Positions 1 to 10,484 of a DNA stretch of 64,000 nt are shown here, in pieces. The translations under genes were made by a program, and so were the position numbers. This stretch comes from Opitutales bacterium (GTDB taxonomy: Bacteria; Verrucomicrobiota; Verrucomicrobiia; Opitutales; PNEW01), in assembly GCA_965197745.1 (NCBI GenBank), contig CBDANS010000005.1, positions 96,001 through 160,000 of the forward strand, given 5' to 3'. The notes below the pieces were generated by a model that saw only the letters and a program-made list of their open reading frames with translations, was not told the DNA's origin and ran no database searches. Numbering within the stretch: position 1 is the stretch's first letter; every line of letters starts with the position of its first letter.

Positions 1-726
1 AGATCTCGAAACTTGGGTGCACTAGTCGGCGCGTCCTGGCAGGAGCAGGTTCTTGCACGGCGCGCATTTTACGCAACACTCACTCACATCGATCATCAAA
101 TAAGGTTATTAATCGGTATCTTACGGGAAGAGGGTATTCTGGACGACACAATAATTGTTTTTACCAGTGATCATGGACACATGAATGGTGAGCATGGGCT
201 ATGGACCATGACACCCTTTAACGAAATGTCATCTAAAATTCCGCTCATCATTATTCCGTCTACGGGGGATGACCGTTTTCCAGTCGGATCTGAAGATGAT
301 AGAATCGCAGAGTTTGGCGATATTATGCCGACCTTACTCGAGATGTGTGGACTTCCCATACCTGAAACCGTCGAAAGTAAATCTCTCTGGAGTAATCAAC
401 GGCGCGACTATCTTTACGGCGAGCATTTCGAGGGAGAATATGCAGCGCGTATGATTCGCGCGGGAAATTTTAAGCTCATTTATTATGCAACGGGAAATAT
501 TGCACAGCTTTTTGACATCGAAAATGATCCCCGGGAAACGACAGATTTATCTAAAGATACGCAGTATGCTGAAACGTTAGCAGATCTCAAGGGATTATTA
601 ATTCCTAATTTATACGGAGGTGACGAAGACTGGGTTCAGAACGGGGTTCTGGTCGGCTCACCGGATAAAGATTTTATCGCACCGGATAACCGTGGGATGC
701 TAGGTCAAAGAGGTCTGCGGTTTTAA
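1..726 (+). CDS. Sulfatase family protein, C-terminal part (5' end outside window)
   Basis: Frame open from base 1; sulfatase motifs 'IDHQI..L', 'DTIIVFTSDHG', 'DIMPTLLE', 'QLFDIENDPRET'. Confidence 0.85.
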   Translation, partial: RSRNLGALVGASWQEQVLARRAFYATLTHIDHQIRLLIGILREEGILDDTIIVFTSDHGHMNGEHGLWTMTPFNEMSSKIPLIIIPSTGDDRFPVGSEDDRIAEFGDIMPTLLEMCGLPIPETVESKSLWSNQRRDYLYGEHFEGEYAARMIRAGNFKLIYYATGNIAQLFDIENDPRETTDLSKDTQYAETLADLKGLLIPNLYGGDEDWVQNGVLVGSPDKDFIAPDNRGMLGQRGLRF

Positions 727-790
727 AGAAGTGAACAGTATGAAATGATAATAATATTGTCCTATAGATTGAATATCCTAAAAGGAAGCA

Positions 791-2179
791 ATGAGTGAAA
801 AGAATCCTCATCTCGAAATAGACCGTCAGATAACTGGTGACATATACACTTCAACGGAGGTGATGGATAACCTGACCGTATTGTGTGACGATTTCGGGGC
901 ACGTTTTTCGGGAACACCCGAAGAACGCCAAGCTGCGGAATTTATAGCAGAGACTTTTGACCGTTATGGTCTTAAAGATGCGCATTTAGAGTCTTATCCT
1001 TACGCCGGGTGGACGCGAGGTGAAGCGACATTGGAAATACTGAAACCCATACAAAAAAAGATCCCCTGCATATCATTGCCCTATTGCCCAGCGAAGGAAG
1101 TGCGGGGAGAATTAGTCTCTGTCGGATGTGGCACACCAACGGATTTTGAGTGTATAGGTAAGGGAATTGAAAGCCGCATCGTTCTCGCCAGTAGTGCTTC
1201 TCCGCGAGATCTTGGAAGATGGGTGCATCGCCAGGAAAAATATGAGCGCTGTGTGATTGGAAACGCCAGTGTCTTTATCTTTATCAGCGAGTTGCCGGGG
1301 GTAGGTCCAGAAACAGGCAGCTTACAGGACGATAAGCCCGCTCCAATACCCGGCATATCAGTTTGCAAAGAAGATGGAGAATACCTCACAAGATTAATGG
1401 AGAGGAAAGGAAGTGTTGAGCTTCTGGTCCGTACCACGGACCTTAATAACCCGATGACTTCACAGAACGCTATAGCCGATTTACCCTGTAATGACAGTTC
1501 TGAGGAAATGGTCATCCTCGGATGTCATTTTGACGGTCATGATATTTCTCAGGGTGCATTTGACCCGGCTTCGGGTATGGTTATGGTCATGGAAGCAGCA
1601 CGAACGCTTTCCTCTTACGCCAGCGGAAAACTTAAACGTACCGTTAGATTTATTGGGTTCAGCACAGAAGAGGTTGGTCTCATCGGCTCTTATCGCTATG
1701 TTGAATCCCATCGGGAGGGGCTCGATAAAATCAGATTTTATTTCAATTTGGATGCTGCCGGCGGACCTGGCCGCAAAGGAGTGGTTCTTCATAACTGGTC
1801 TGAGTTGGAACCATTTTTCCGTCAGGCAGGAGATGAAATGGCCGTTGATTTACCTGTGGGACAACATGTAAACTCGTACTCAGATCACTTTCCTTTTTTC
1901 AAAGAAGGCATTCCAACAGGAAATTTAGGAGATCCTGAAGGAGGGCCAAGTGGGAGAGGATTTGGGCATACTCGATATGATACCATTGACAAAATCGATC
2001 TTATCAATTTACGGGCTGGAAGCAGTGTAGCGGCGCGAATTGCACTACGCGTTGCCAATGCAGATATATTTCCTGCTACGCGGCGCGACAAAAAAGCGGT
2101 TCAGGAGGTCATCGAAAACGAACCCAATTTAGAAGGCTACAGAGTTAAATTAGAGTTGATGAAGAATTCCACGGGGTGA
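791..2179 (+). CDS. M28 family zinc aminopeptidase with PA domain
   Basis: Zn-ligand motifs 'GCHFDG', 'GAFDPASG', 'STEEVGL', 'NLD', 'SDHFPF', 'HTRYDT'; RBS AGGAAG upstream. Confidence 0.85.
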   Translation: MSEKNPHLEIDRQITGDIYTSTEVMDNLTVLCDDFGARFSGTPEERQAAEFIAETFDRYGLKDAHLESYPYAGWTRGEATLEILKPIQKKIPCISLPYCPAKEVRGELVSVGCGTPTDFECIGKGIESRIVLASSASPRDLGRWVHRQEKYERCVIGNASVFIFISELPGVGPETGSLQDDKPAPIPGISVCKEDGEYLTRLMERKGSVELLVRTTDLNNPMTSQNAIADLPCNDSSEEMVILGCHFDGHDISQGAFDPASGMVMVMEAARTLSSYASGKLKRTVRFIGFSTEEVGLIGSYRYVESHREGLDKIRFYFNLDAAGGPGRKGVVLHNWSELEPFFRQAGDEMAVDLPVGQHVNSYSDHFPFFKEGIPTGNLGDPEGGPSGRGFGHTRYDTIDKIDLINLRAGSSVAARIALRVANADIFPATRRDKKAVQEVIENEPNLEGYRVKLELMKNSTG

Positions 2180-2387
2180 ATAATAAAAGCTCTGCTCGAG
2201 TTAGAATTGAGATAAGAATCAATTATTTCTCAGCTTTTCTCTTTGTTATCAAACACCAGGCCATTTTGACATCCCCAGGTGGTATATAGCAGTAAGACCT
2301 GTTTATATTTCCGGTAGCGATCTTTTGGATAGGAAATGATTCAAGCGTGGTAATGACGGTATTCGTCCACCTTAAAGCAGCAGCGAT

Positions 2388-2461
2388 TGGCTGCCCGGCA
2401 AGGGTTCGAACCTCGACTACCTGGACCAAAACCAGATGTGCTACCATTACACCACCGGGCA
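2388..2461 (-). tRNA. tRNA-Gln (anticodon UUG), CCA encoded
   Basis: Reverse complement TGCCCGGTGGTGTAATGGTAGCACATCTGGTTTTGGTCCAGGTAGTCGAGGTTCGAACCCTTGCCGGGCAGCCA: acceptor stem TGCCCGG/CCGGGCA, anticodon loop TT-TTG-GT, GGTTCGAA T-loop. Confidence 0.97.
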
Positions 2462-2471
2462 ATTCAATGCA

Positions 2472-2501
2472 GGTATATAAAGGTGTGGCGATATCCGTCA
2501 A
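2472..2501 (-). promoter_or_regulatory. Putative sigma70 promoter of tRNA-Gln
   Basis: Minus strand TTGACG-18 nt-TATACC ending about 10 nt before the tRNA. Confidence 0.55.
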
Positions 2502-2558
2502 GACCCTGGCATATATTTCTTTAATTCCACCTGAGCACATTAATTGCCAAGCGTGGGA

Positions 2559-2588
2559 TTGACCTTCATCTAAAATTCAGGCTAGATA
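2559..2588 (+). promoter_or_regulatory. Putative sigma70 promoter of pyrH-frr
   Basis: TTGACC-18 nt-TAGATA ending 8 nt before the pyrH ATG (possibly near-leaderless). Confidence 0.4.
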
Positions 2589-2596
2589 CGGTTTTT

Positions 2597-3334
2597 ATGC
2601 GAAAGAAGACCAGCGCGAAACCTAATCCGAAATTTAAACGCATTATAATTAAACTAGGCGGTGAAGGGCTGCGCAATCCTGTCACCGGTGATGTTATTGA
2701 TGAGCAGGTACTGAAAAAAATCAGTACGGAATTAAGAGAAGTGCATGATATGGGTGTGCAAATTGGGCTCGTCGTAGGCGGTGGTAACATCTTTCGAGGC
2801 CTTTCAGGCGAAGAACGCGGTGTCGACCGGACAACCGGGGATTTCATGGGCATGCTCTCAACGATTGTCAACGGTTTGGCCTTTATGGATTACCTGGAAA
2901 AGTTAGGGGTTCCCGTTCGTGTGCAAAGTGCCCTGCCCATGCCCGAAGTTGCTGAACCCTTTATCCTGAGAAGAGCGATAAGACATCTTGAAAAAGGGCG
3001 CCTGGTTATTTTTGTCGCGGGGACTGGTAACCCATATTTTTCTACAGATACAGCGGCGGCATTGCGCGCCAGTGAAATTGGAGCAGACGTCATTATGAAA
3101 GCGACTAAAGTTGACGGCATCTATAATAAAGACCCGGTGAAAAATGCGGATGCAAAGAAATATGATCAAATTTCCTTCATTGAAGCGCTGAAGCAACGGT
3201 TGGATGTTATGGACTCTACAGCATTTTCTCTTTGCCTCGACAATAAGATGCCAATTCTTATATTCAATATGAGTAAATCCGGAAGTATTAAAAAGGCGGT
3301 CTTGGGAAAAAAGATAGGATCGCTCGTTAAGTAA
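2597..3334 (+). CDS. pyrH: UMP kinase
   Basis: '[10 protein letters not shown]', '[17 protein letters not shown]', 'VMDSTAF'; adjacent to frr. Confidence 0.97.
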   Translation: MRKKTSAKPNPKFKRIIIKLGGEGLRNPVTGDVIDEQVLKKISTELREVHDMGVQIGLVVGGGNIFRGLSGEERGVDRTTGDFMGMLSTIVNGLAFMDYLEKLGVPVRVQSALPMPEVAEPFILRRAIRHLEKGRLVIFVAGTGNPYFSTDTAAALRASEIGADVIMKATKVDGIYNKDPVKNADAKKYDQISFIEALKQRLDVMDSTAFSLCLDNKMPILIFNMSKSGSIKKAVLGKKIGSLVK

Positions 3335-3354
3335 CCAGAATTTATTTATTAGAT

Positions 3355-3915
3355 ATGAGCATTGAAACTGTTATCGCACATGCGCGTGAACTGATGGGGA
3401 AATCGGTCGAACACACCTTAGGTGAATTTAACAAGCTGCACACAGGGAAGGCCTCTCCTAGTGTTGTAGAACATTTGCAGGTGGAAGCTTATGGGTCTAA
3501 TGTTCAATTGCGGGAAGTGGCGGCGATCACGACTCCCGACGCGCGTACTGTTCAAATACAACCCTGGGATAAATCGATTGTTAACGATGTCGTAAAATCC
3601 ATCCAAAAGGCGAATCTGGGTTTTAATCCCGTTGTCACCAGCAACCTTATCCGGATACCTATACCCGAGTTGAGCCGCGAGCGTCGCCAGGAACTTTCCA
3701 AGGTCGCCCATACCATGGCCGAGGAAGGGCGAGTCAGTGTGCGCCACGCACGCCATGAAGCACTTGACGAAGCAAAAAAGATGAAAAAGGGAGGAGAAAT
3801 ATCCGAGGATGAATTGAAACGATTGGAAAAAGAAATCCAGAATGTGACCGATAAACAGGTTGCTGAAATCGATCAGCATCTCGCGCATAAGGAAAAAGAA
3901 TTAATGTCCCTATGA
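3355..3915 (+). CDS. frr: Ribosome recycling factor
   Basis: 'TGKASPS', 'IQPWDKS', 'PELSRERRQEL', 'KEKELM'. Confidence 0.97.
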   Translation: MSIETVIAHARELMGKSVEHTLGEFNKLHTGKASPSVVEHLQVEAYGSNVQLREVAAITTPDARTVQIQPWDKSIVNDVVKSIQKANLGFNPVVTSNLIRIPIPELSRERRQELSKVAHTMAEEGRVSVRHARHEALDEAKKMKKGGEISEDELKRLEKEIQNVTDKQVAEIDQHLAHKEKELMSL

Positions 3916-3995
3916 ATTGATGGAATATAGGTATTTGGTGTTTTTGGTTGGGTTCATGCCGTTATTCTATCACCAGTAACTATTCGCCCCTTTAT

Positions 3996-5108
3996 ATGCA
4001 GTTTCTTCTGCAAAATGCCCAGCGTGTTGTTGTCAAACTCGGCACACGTATGCTCACTTCTGGTATCGGCAAACTGAATGTCGATCGTATACGTGCGCTG
4101 AGCGCGCAAATAGCGCTTTTACGAAAAAAAGGGGTGGATGTAATAATTGTCAGCTCGGGGGCAATCGCCTTGGGGATGGGAAAACTAAAATTTAAAAAAC
4201 GCCCCACGAATCTTGCCACGCTTCAAGCTTGTGCGGCTATCGGGCAGTCCATTCTTATTGAAACCTGGCAGTCCGGATTCGACCCCCATAATGTAACGGC
4301 GGCACAACTACTATTAACACGGGAAGACGTACGTGAACGCAATCGACATTTAGCGGTTAAAAACAGTTTTGATAAGCTTCTTTCTCTCGATGTCGTTCCC
4401 ATCGTAAACGAAAATGATTCGGTCAGTACTGAAGAACTTAAGTTTGGCGATAATGATGTGCTCTCTGCTTTAGTTGCAAGTTTAGTTAAAGCGGACATCT
4501 TAGTTATTCTCGGTCTTGCCCCCGGTCTCATCGACCACAAGGGATCGGGTGCCGTTGTGCCTGTAGTCAATAAGATAGACGCAGATATTAAAGAAATGGC
4601 CGGAGACACAAAAAGTGAAACCTCCATAGGGGGCATGCGCAGCAAGGTAGAGGCTGCGAAAATAGCGAGTCAATCAGGATGTGGCGTTTACATAGGCAGT
4701 GGACGTAACCCCAATGTATTTGCCGAACTTTTACAGGGGAAAGCTACGGGGACTTTTTTTGTGCCGAGTAAAATTCCCCTGGCTTCAAAAAAACGATGGA
4801 TTGCTTTTTTTGAACACCCTCTAGGTGTAGTCACAATTGACACGGGTGCCAGCGATGCCCTGTGCAATGATGGCCGCAGTCTGCTTGCCAAAGGGGTGAA
4901 AGGGTCCAGTGGCAAGTTTTCAGCTGGTGATATCATTACTATTGAAAACCTGCAGGGGACCGCTATTGCTCACGGAGTATCCCAATTCAGCAGTGAAGAG
5001 ATAGCCCGCATTTCAGGCAAAGATACGAAGGAGATAAAGCAGCTTTATCCTAATCGTAAGCGCTTTGAAATTGTGCACCGCGACAGCCTGGTCATTCTTG
5101 CGGATTAG
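3996..5108 (+). CDS. proB: Glutamate 5-kinase with PUA domain
   Basis: 'VVVKLGT', 'SSGAIALG', 'IVNENDSV', 'FGDND', 'GGMRSK'; ATG at 3996 preferred over TTG at 3948. Confidence 0.95.
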   Translation: MQFLLQNAQRVVVKLGTRMLTSGIGKLNVDRIRALSAQIALLRKKGVDVIIVSSGAIALGMGKLKFKKRPTNLATLQACAAIGQSILIETWQSGFDPHNVTAAQLLLTREDVRERNRHLAVKNSFDKLLSLDVVPIVNENDSVSTEELKFGDNDVLSALVASLVKADILVILGLAPGLIDHKGSGAVVPVVNKIDADIKEMAGDTKSETSIGGMRSKVEAAKIASQSGCGVYIGSGRNPNVFAELLQGKATGTFFVPSKIPLASKKRWIAFFEHPLGVVTIDTGASDALCNDGRSLLAKGVKGSSGKFSAGDIITIENLQGTAIAHGVSQFSSEEIARISGKDTKEIKQLYPNRKRFEIVHRDSLVILAD

Positions 5109-5197
5109 GAGGTCGCTTTTAAAAAGCGGCAATGTGAAGTTAATTCATAATTATATATTGCATTCGGCGCGGTCCTTGCGAATTTATTGAGCTATAT

Positions 5198-7201
5198 ATG
5201 GAATTAAAAGGTTCAAGTAATGAGCGCCTTACGGATTTTTCACCGATTGATTTTCGATCTGAACTAAACGAGGACCAGTACGCAGCCGTGACAGCCGAAC
5301 CGGGCCCGGCTTTGGTCTTGGCCGGTGCCGGTTCCGGGAAGACTCGAACCCTTACCTATCGTGTTGCCTGGCTTCTTTCCCAAGGCGTGGGTCCCGGTGA
5401 AATTCTTCTACTCACATTCACGAATAAGGCTGCTCGTGAAATGCTTGGCCGCGTGGAAAATTTAACCGGTGTAGCGATGCATAAATTCTGGGGGGGCACT
5501 TTTCACCATATCGGACAAAGGACTCTCCGAATTCACGGCAAGGCAATTGGACTGGAACGCAATTTCAGCATTCTCGATCAGAGTGACTCCGAGTCCCTCC
5601 TGGGGGATACGATCCGAGAAGAGGATAAAGATTTTTTCAGAAATAAGGATCATCCCAAAGCGAAGGTAATCGCACATATTATCAGCTTAGCGCGAAACAC
5701 TTTACTTTCAATTGATACTGTTATCGAAGAACGCTATTCCTATTTCGAGCATCTCGCTGACGCTATTAATCGATTTTACACATTATACCAGGACCGTAAA
5801 TTAAAGCAACAGGTAGTCGATTTCGACGATCTACTCGAATGCTGGCTCAAGCTATTGCGACAGGAGAAACATGTGGCTGAGTCGTATCAGGGTCGCTTCA
5901 AAAATATACTTGTAGATGAGTACCAGGATACCAATAAAATTCAGTCCGAGATCATTGATATCCTGGGTTCCCATCACCGGATTATGGCAGTGGGAGATGA
6001 TGCTCAGTGTATCTATACCTGGCGGGGAGCAAATTTTGAAAACATCATGACATTTGCTGAGCGTCATCCCGGTACGGTTATACATAAAATCGAAATTAAC
6101 TACCGCAGCACTCCGGAAATTCTCAAACTGGCTAATGGTGTTCTCTCCGCGCAACCGGTTGGAACAGGCTATCACAAAGAACTCCGCGCCGTGCGCTCTT
6201 CACGTCTCATCCCTTTTGTCGTACCGGTCATGGATGGAAGGGAGCAGGCGCAATTTATTATGAAGCGTATGGAAGGTCTGCTCGATCAGGGCTACCAGCT
6301 GTCTGACATGGCCGTGCTCTACCGCGCTCATTATCATGCTGTTGACATGCAAATAGAACTCTCAAAAGCAAGCGTGCCCTTTGTCATAACAAGCGGGGTA
6401 CGATTCTTTGAACAGGCTCACATTAAAGATTTAGTGTCGCAACTGGAGTTTGTCTATAACCCGCAGGATTTTTCAGCGTTTAAGCGTTTTACATGCCTCT
6501 TGCCAAAAATAGGTGAGAAAACGGCAGGGCGTCTGCATCGTCTCCTCTTAGCGCATGCGGCTGAGAAAAAGATCAACCCCATTGAAGCCTTAATACTTGA
6601 TGATTTCATAAAAAAAGTGCCGGTGGATGCAAGAGAAGAATGGGAAGACCTGGCGTTCACCTTAAAAGATGTGACCGAAGCGGCTAATGACAGACCGCCA
6701 AGGGAAATCGTTGAATTACTGATTGAAGGTTGGTATAGCAGTTACATCCGCAATCTCTATAGCAATTGGACCGATCGGGTTGATGATCTGCAAAGTTTAG
6801 CGGGATTTGCACAGCGCTTCGATGATATGACCGAGTTGCTCGCTCAGCTTGTCCTTCTCAACACTGAAATGAGTGATCGGGGTTTTGATAGTGATTTCGA
6901 AGCGCTCCGTCTCACTACCGTGCATCAGGCTAAAGGCCTGGAATTCCCAGTTGTATTTATTATTGGATTAGCCGAGGGTCTTTTCCCTAATAAACGAGCG
7001 CTTGAGGAAAATAATTTAGACGAAGAACGGCGGCTTTTTTATGTGAGCATTACACGAGCCAGAGATGAACTCTACCTTTCGTATCCTATGATAAATGAGC
7101 ATGGAGGGCCTTCCGTGCGGTTAAACCCAAGTCGTTTTATCGATGAACTGGAGCGAGAACATTACGAGATATTGCGCATGCATGATGCTAACGAGTGGTA
7201 G
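5198..7201 (+). CDS. UvrD/PcrA/Rep superfamily-1 DNA helicase
   Basis: 'LAGAGSGKT', 'VDEYQDTN', 'VGDDAQCIY', 'NYRS', 'TVHQAKGLEF', 'EERRLFYVSITRA'. Confidence 0.95.
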   Translation: MELKGSSNERLTDFSPIDFRSELNEDQYAAVTAEPGPALVLAGAGSGKTRTLTYRVAWLLSQGVGPGEILLLTFTNKAAREMLGRVENLTGVAMHKFWGGTFHHIGQRTLRIHGKAIGLERNFSILDQSDSESLLGDTIREEDKDFFRNKDHPKAKVIAHIISLARNTLLSIDTVIEERYSYFEHLADAINRFYTLYQDRKLKQQVVDFDDLLECWLKLLRQEKHVAESYQGRFKNILVDEYQDTNKIQSEIIDILGSHHRIMAVGDDAQCIYTWRGANFENIMTFAERHPGTVIHKIEINYRSTPEILKLANGVLSAQPVGTGYHKELRAVRSSRLIPFVVPVMDGREQAQFIMKRMEGLLDQGYQLSDMAVLYRAHYHAVDMQIELSKASVPFVITSGVRFFEQAHIKDLVSQLEFVYNPQDFSAFKRFTCLLPKIGEKTAGRLHRLLLAHAAEKKINPIEALILDDFIKKVPVDAREEWEDLAFTLKDVTEAANDRPPREIVELLIEGWYSSYIRNLYSNWTDRVDDLQSLAGFAQRFDDMTELLAQLVLLNTEMSDRGFDSDFEALRLTTVHQAKGLEFPVVFIIGLAEGLFPNKRALEENNLDEERRLFYVSITRARDELYLSYPMINEHGGPSVRLNPSRFIDELEREHYEILRMHDANEW

Positions 7202-7239
7202 GGAACAATGTGGATATTGAATAAATTGCTACCCCTGAG

Positions 7240-7647
7240 CTATTTCCCGGTATCTGATATTCGATAAAGTGAAGACTTGAATTTATCCGGGTGGAGAGCG
7301 TCGATAGTAATAATTTTACAGTGGGAAAGTGAATCTAACAATCCGGGGGGCGTTTTTTGATCATAGCCAAGGGCAATTATATCCGGTTTTATTTCTGTCA
7401 CCACTCTTAAGAAATTCATCCCCGGGTATCCCAACCTGACATTATCAACAAAGCCAAGTTCTTCAATTTTTTCCATACGTTCATCTTCAGAGTGGATTGG
7501 ATATTTTCCTTTTATTTTTATCACGTTTTCATCGCGTGCTATAACAACATATAGCTCACTCCCCAAGGCCGCTGCTTTTTTGAGGAAATAAATATGACCG
7601 GGATGTAAAAAATCAAATGTCCCGCAGCACAAAACACGCGTTTTCAT
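7240..7647 (-). CDS. Stand-alone cytidylyltransferase-fold protein, similar to archaeal-type FAD synthase (RibL)
   Basis: 'GTFDFLHPGH', 'VVIARD', 'KPDIIALGYDQ'. Confidence 0.75.
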   Translation of the reverse strand: MKTRVLCCGTFDFLHPGHIYFLKKAAALGSELYVVIARDENVIKIKGKYPIHSEDERMEKIEELGFVDNVRLGYPGMNFLRVVTEIKPDIIALGYDQKTPPGLLDSLSHCKIITIDALHPDKFKSSLYRISDTGK

Positions 7648-7707
7648 TTCATTATTGCTATATGAAGGATTATGACGATAGGCATTCAGTGTAGAATTTG
7701 GGAAATG

Positions 7708-8493
7708 TCAGGTGTCTTTCTGAACGATGGATTCATGCCAATGGCGAAGGAGATACCAGCTTAAAATTAATACGAGCGAGACAAAAACAAATCCTAAACC
7801 ACAGGCGACAATTGCGGTGGCAAAGAGTTCGGGGATCTTTAACTGGGAATTGTAAACAACTACCATAAAACCAAGCCCCCCTGTTCCTGAGGCGCTGCCG
7901 GCAAATATTTCACCGGTGAGCGCGCCGATAACAGCGAGGGTAGCTGCAATTTTTAATCCCGTCAAATAGTAGGGGAGGGCAAAAGGGACTCGCAGGAGAA
8001 ACATCTCGTGCCACTTAGTGGCACGATACATCGTAAACAGGTCAACCATGTATCTATCCGTAGAGATGAGCCCCTGCGTCGTATTTGCGACAATGGGAAA
8101 AAAACTGATCATAAACGTGATGATCGCTACACTGGGTAATCCAGGACCCAACCATAGGACAAAGATAGGGACCATAACAATGACAGGTATCATTTGGATG
8201 AACAATACCCAGGGGTAAAGCGATGCTTTGATCCATGGTGAGGATGAAAGGATAAGAGCAAGAGTGAAACCAATCACGGCAGCGGAAAGAAAGCCTATTA
8301 CGGCTCCGACAATGGTTTCCTTCGCCGCATTCAAAAGCGTATATTTTTCCGCATACCCGGCCTCAATAATTTCAGCGGGACTGGGTAACAAATAGTGGGG
8401 AAGATCATTAGCCCATTTGATCGCATACCAGATACCGATTACAATGATACCGGTAATGACAGGGAGTGCCCACTTTAATTGGTTAGTCATCAT
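7708..8493 (-). CDS. NitT/TauT-family ABC transporter permease
   Basis: 'LPSPAEI', multiple TM helices, 'FFPIVANT', 'RVPFALPY', 'GLG'. Confidence 0.9.
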   Translation of the reverse strand: MMTNQLKWALPVITGIIVIGIWYAIKWANDLPHYLLPSPAEIIEAGYAEKYTLLNAAKETIVGAVIGFLSAAVIGFTLALILSSSPWIKASLYPWVLFIQMIPVIVMVPIFVLWLGPGLPSVAIITFMISFFPIVANTTQGLISTDRYMVDLFTMYRATKWHEMFLLRVPFALPYYLTGLKIAATLAVIGALTGEIFAGSASGTGGLGFMVVVYNSQLKIPELFATAIVACGLGFVFVSLVLILSWYLLRHWHESIVQKDT

Positions 8494-9258
8494 TTATCTC
8501 TCTACGGATCTGAGCTGGTGTGAAACTTCGGCGACCTTTTTTTGATAAGCCATGGATTCTCTAAGTTCCGGTTCTCGTGGATAGGGGAAATCAATGTCGA
8601 TGATTTCATTGATACGACCGGGATTTGCGGACAGTATGACGATTCGAGTTGAGAGAAATACCGCTTCAGGCACCGAGTGCGTTACGAATAGAGCTGTCCA
8701 CTCATCCTGAGCGCGTATGGACAATAGATCTTCGTTTAAATGATCCCGGGTCATTTCATCGAGAGCGCCAAAAGGTTCATCGAGCAGTATTATCTTTGGT
8801 GATAGGGTCAGCGCGCGGGCGATGGATACACGCATTTTCATTCCGCCCGATAACTGCCTTGGGTAGTAAGTCCTTACTGGGGAGAGGCCAACGAAGTCGA
8901 TCATACGGTTGGCGACCTCCTCTCTTCTTTGCTTATTCCATTTACTCAGCCGTAACGGTATATGTATATTATTAATTACCGTCAGCCAGGGTAAAAGCGT
9001 GGCCTCTTGAAAAATAAAAGCCATTTGGTCTCTCGCTTCATCCAGGGTCATACCCTCAGCCAAAAGTGTGCCTTCAGAAATCGGACTTAAGCCCGCGACC
9101 AACCTTAGTAGAGTTGACTTACCACAACCACTGGGGCCGATGAAGCTGACAAAATCTCCGCGAGATATATCCAGGTCGATATTTTCGAGAACAAACGCTC
9201 CGTTTCCAAAGCTTTTGTGGACATTTTTAAATGACAACAAAACTGAATCTTTTATCAT
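8494..9258 (-). CDS. NitT/TauT-family ABC transporter ATP-binding protein
   Basis: Walker A 'GPSGCGKST', 'LSGGM', 'LLDEPFGALD', 'VTH'. Confidence 0.93.
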   Translation of the reverse strand: MIKDSVLLSFKNVHKSFGNGAFVLENIDLDISRGDFVSFIGPSGCGKSTLLRLVAGLSPISEGTLLAEGMTLDEARDQMAFIFQEATLLPWLTVINNIHIPLRLSKWNKQRREEVANRMIDFVGLSPVRTYYPRQLSGGMKMRVSIARALTLSPKIILLDEPFGALDEMTRDHLNEDLLSIRAQDEWTALFVTHSVPEAVFLSTRIVILSANPGRINEIIDIDFPYPREPELRESMAYQKKVAEVSHQLRSVER

Positions 9259-9459
9259 CGCTGTCTTGAGAGGGTGTAAATAAATACCGGTGTTATGTTA
9301 GGGGACAAGAAATAACGGTTTAATGATAGCGATAAGAAACCTGTCAATGATTGTGTTAAATGACACATTAGTATAGAAAAATTATACGATAAGTGGGTAG
9401 CCTTATATGAGATCAAAAATAACTTGTCACCCAGAAGATAACATTTAGAACCAAAAACT

Positions 9460-10416
9460 ATGAATATCGTTGTATTAGATGGATTTACCATGCATCTAGG
9501 TTCCGCACACTGGGACAAGCTTAAGGAGCTGGGAACACTGACCTTATATGACCGGACAGAGGATCAGGACCTTATTGAACGCGCTAAAGATGCCGATGTT
9601 ATCCTTACGAGCAAAGTTCCTATCAGCGCTGAAACGATCAAGCAATTACCCAAGTTACGCTTTATTGCCGTCCTAGGTACGGGTTATAACACAGTCGATG
9701 TTGAAGCCGCCCGGAAACGGGATATCCCGGTATCGAACACCCCTATTTATGGAACGGATTCAGTCGCCCAACATGCGGCGTCCCTTATCCTTGAATTAAG
9801 CAACAATGTCGGGATACACAATCAGTCTGTCAAAAGTGGGGAATGGAGCAGCAACGAGGATTGGACCTACTGGAAGAAAGATGTTCTAGCCCTTACGGGA
9901 CTTACCCTGGGAATAGTTGGATACGGACGGATTGGTCGTAAGGTAGGCGAAATTGCCCATGCCCTGGGAATGAAAATCTGGGCTGCAGATATTTTTGAAA
10001 CGAATCCACCCGATTACGACGGTTTTGCCTGGAAAAGCATCGAAGAATTATTTGCCGGGGCCGATTTCATTACCCTGCATTGTAATTTAACCGATGAAAA
10101 TAATGAGTTTGTGAATGCGGCTCTGCTCAAAACGATGAAACCGACAGCATATATCATCAACACCGCACGCGGGCCTCTGATCAATGACCGGGCCCTCGCT
10201 GACGCACTACATGAAGGCATTATAGCAGGAGCCGGTGTCGATGTCGTTTCACAGGAACCCATCAGCAGCGACAATCCTCTTCTTAAGGTAGAAAACTGTA
10301 TCCTCACACCCCATATCGCATGGAGCAGCAATTTATCCCGCGAACTTTTATTAAATATTGCCGTTGATAATGTTCGCGCTTTTCTTGATGGTAAGCCAGA
10401 AAACGTAGTCAATTGA
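9460..10416 (+). CDS. D-2-hydroxyacid dehydrogenase (glycerate dehydrogenase/hydroxypyruvate reductase-like)
   Basis: 'GIVGYGRIG', 'INTARGPLI', 'LTPHIAW'. Confidence 0.9.
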   Translation: MNIVVLDGFTMHLGSAHWDKLKELGTLTLYDRTEDQDLIERAKDADVILTSKVPISAETIKQLPKLRFIAVLGTGYNTVDVEAARKRDIPVSNTPIYGTDSVAQHAASLILELSNNVGIHNQSVKSGEWSSNEDWTYWKKDVLALTGLTLGIVGYGRIGRKVGEIAHALGMKIWAADIFETNPPDYDGFAWKSIEELFAGADFITLHCNLTDENNEFVNAALLKTMKPTAYIINTARGPLINDRALADALHEGIIAGAGVDVVSQEPISSDNPLLKVENCILTPHIAWSSNLSRELLLNIAVDNVRAFLDGKPENVVN

Positions 10417-10429
10417 TTGCATATTGAAT

Positions 10430-10457
10430 AAGCTTATCTCTTCGGCGATAGCTTTTT
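10430..10457 (+). terminator. Possible intrinsic terminator
   Basis: Imperfect stem AAGCTTATC...GATAGCTT followed by a T run, just after the stop at 10416. Confidence 0.4.
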
Positions 10458-10484
10458 AAAAAGTATGACTATTACTCATGTCCT

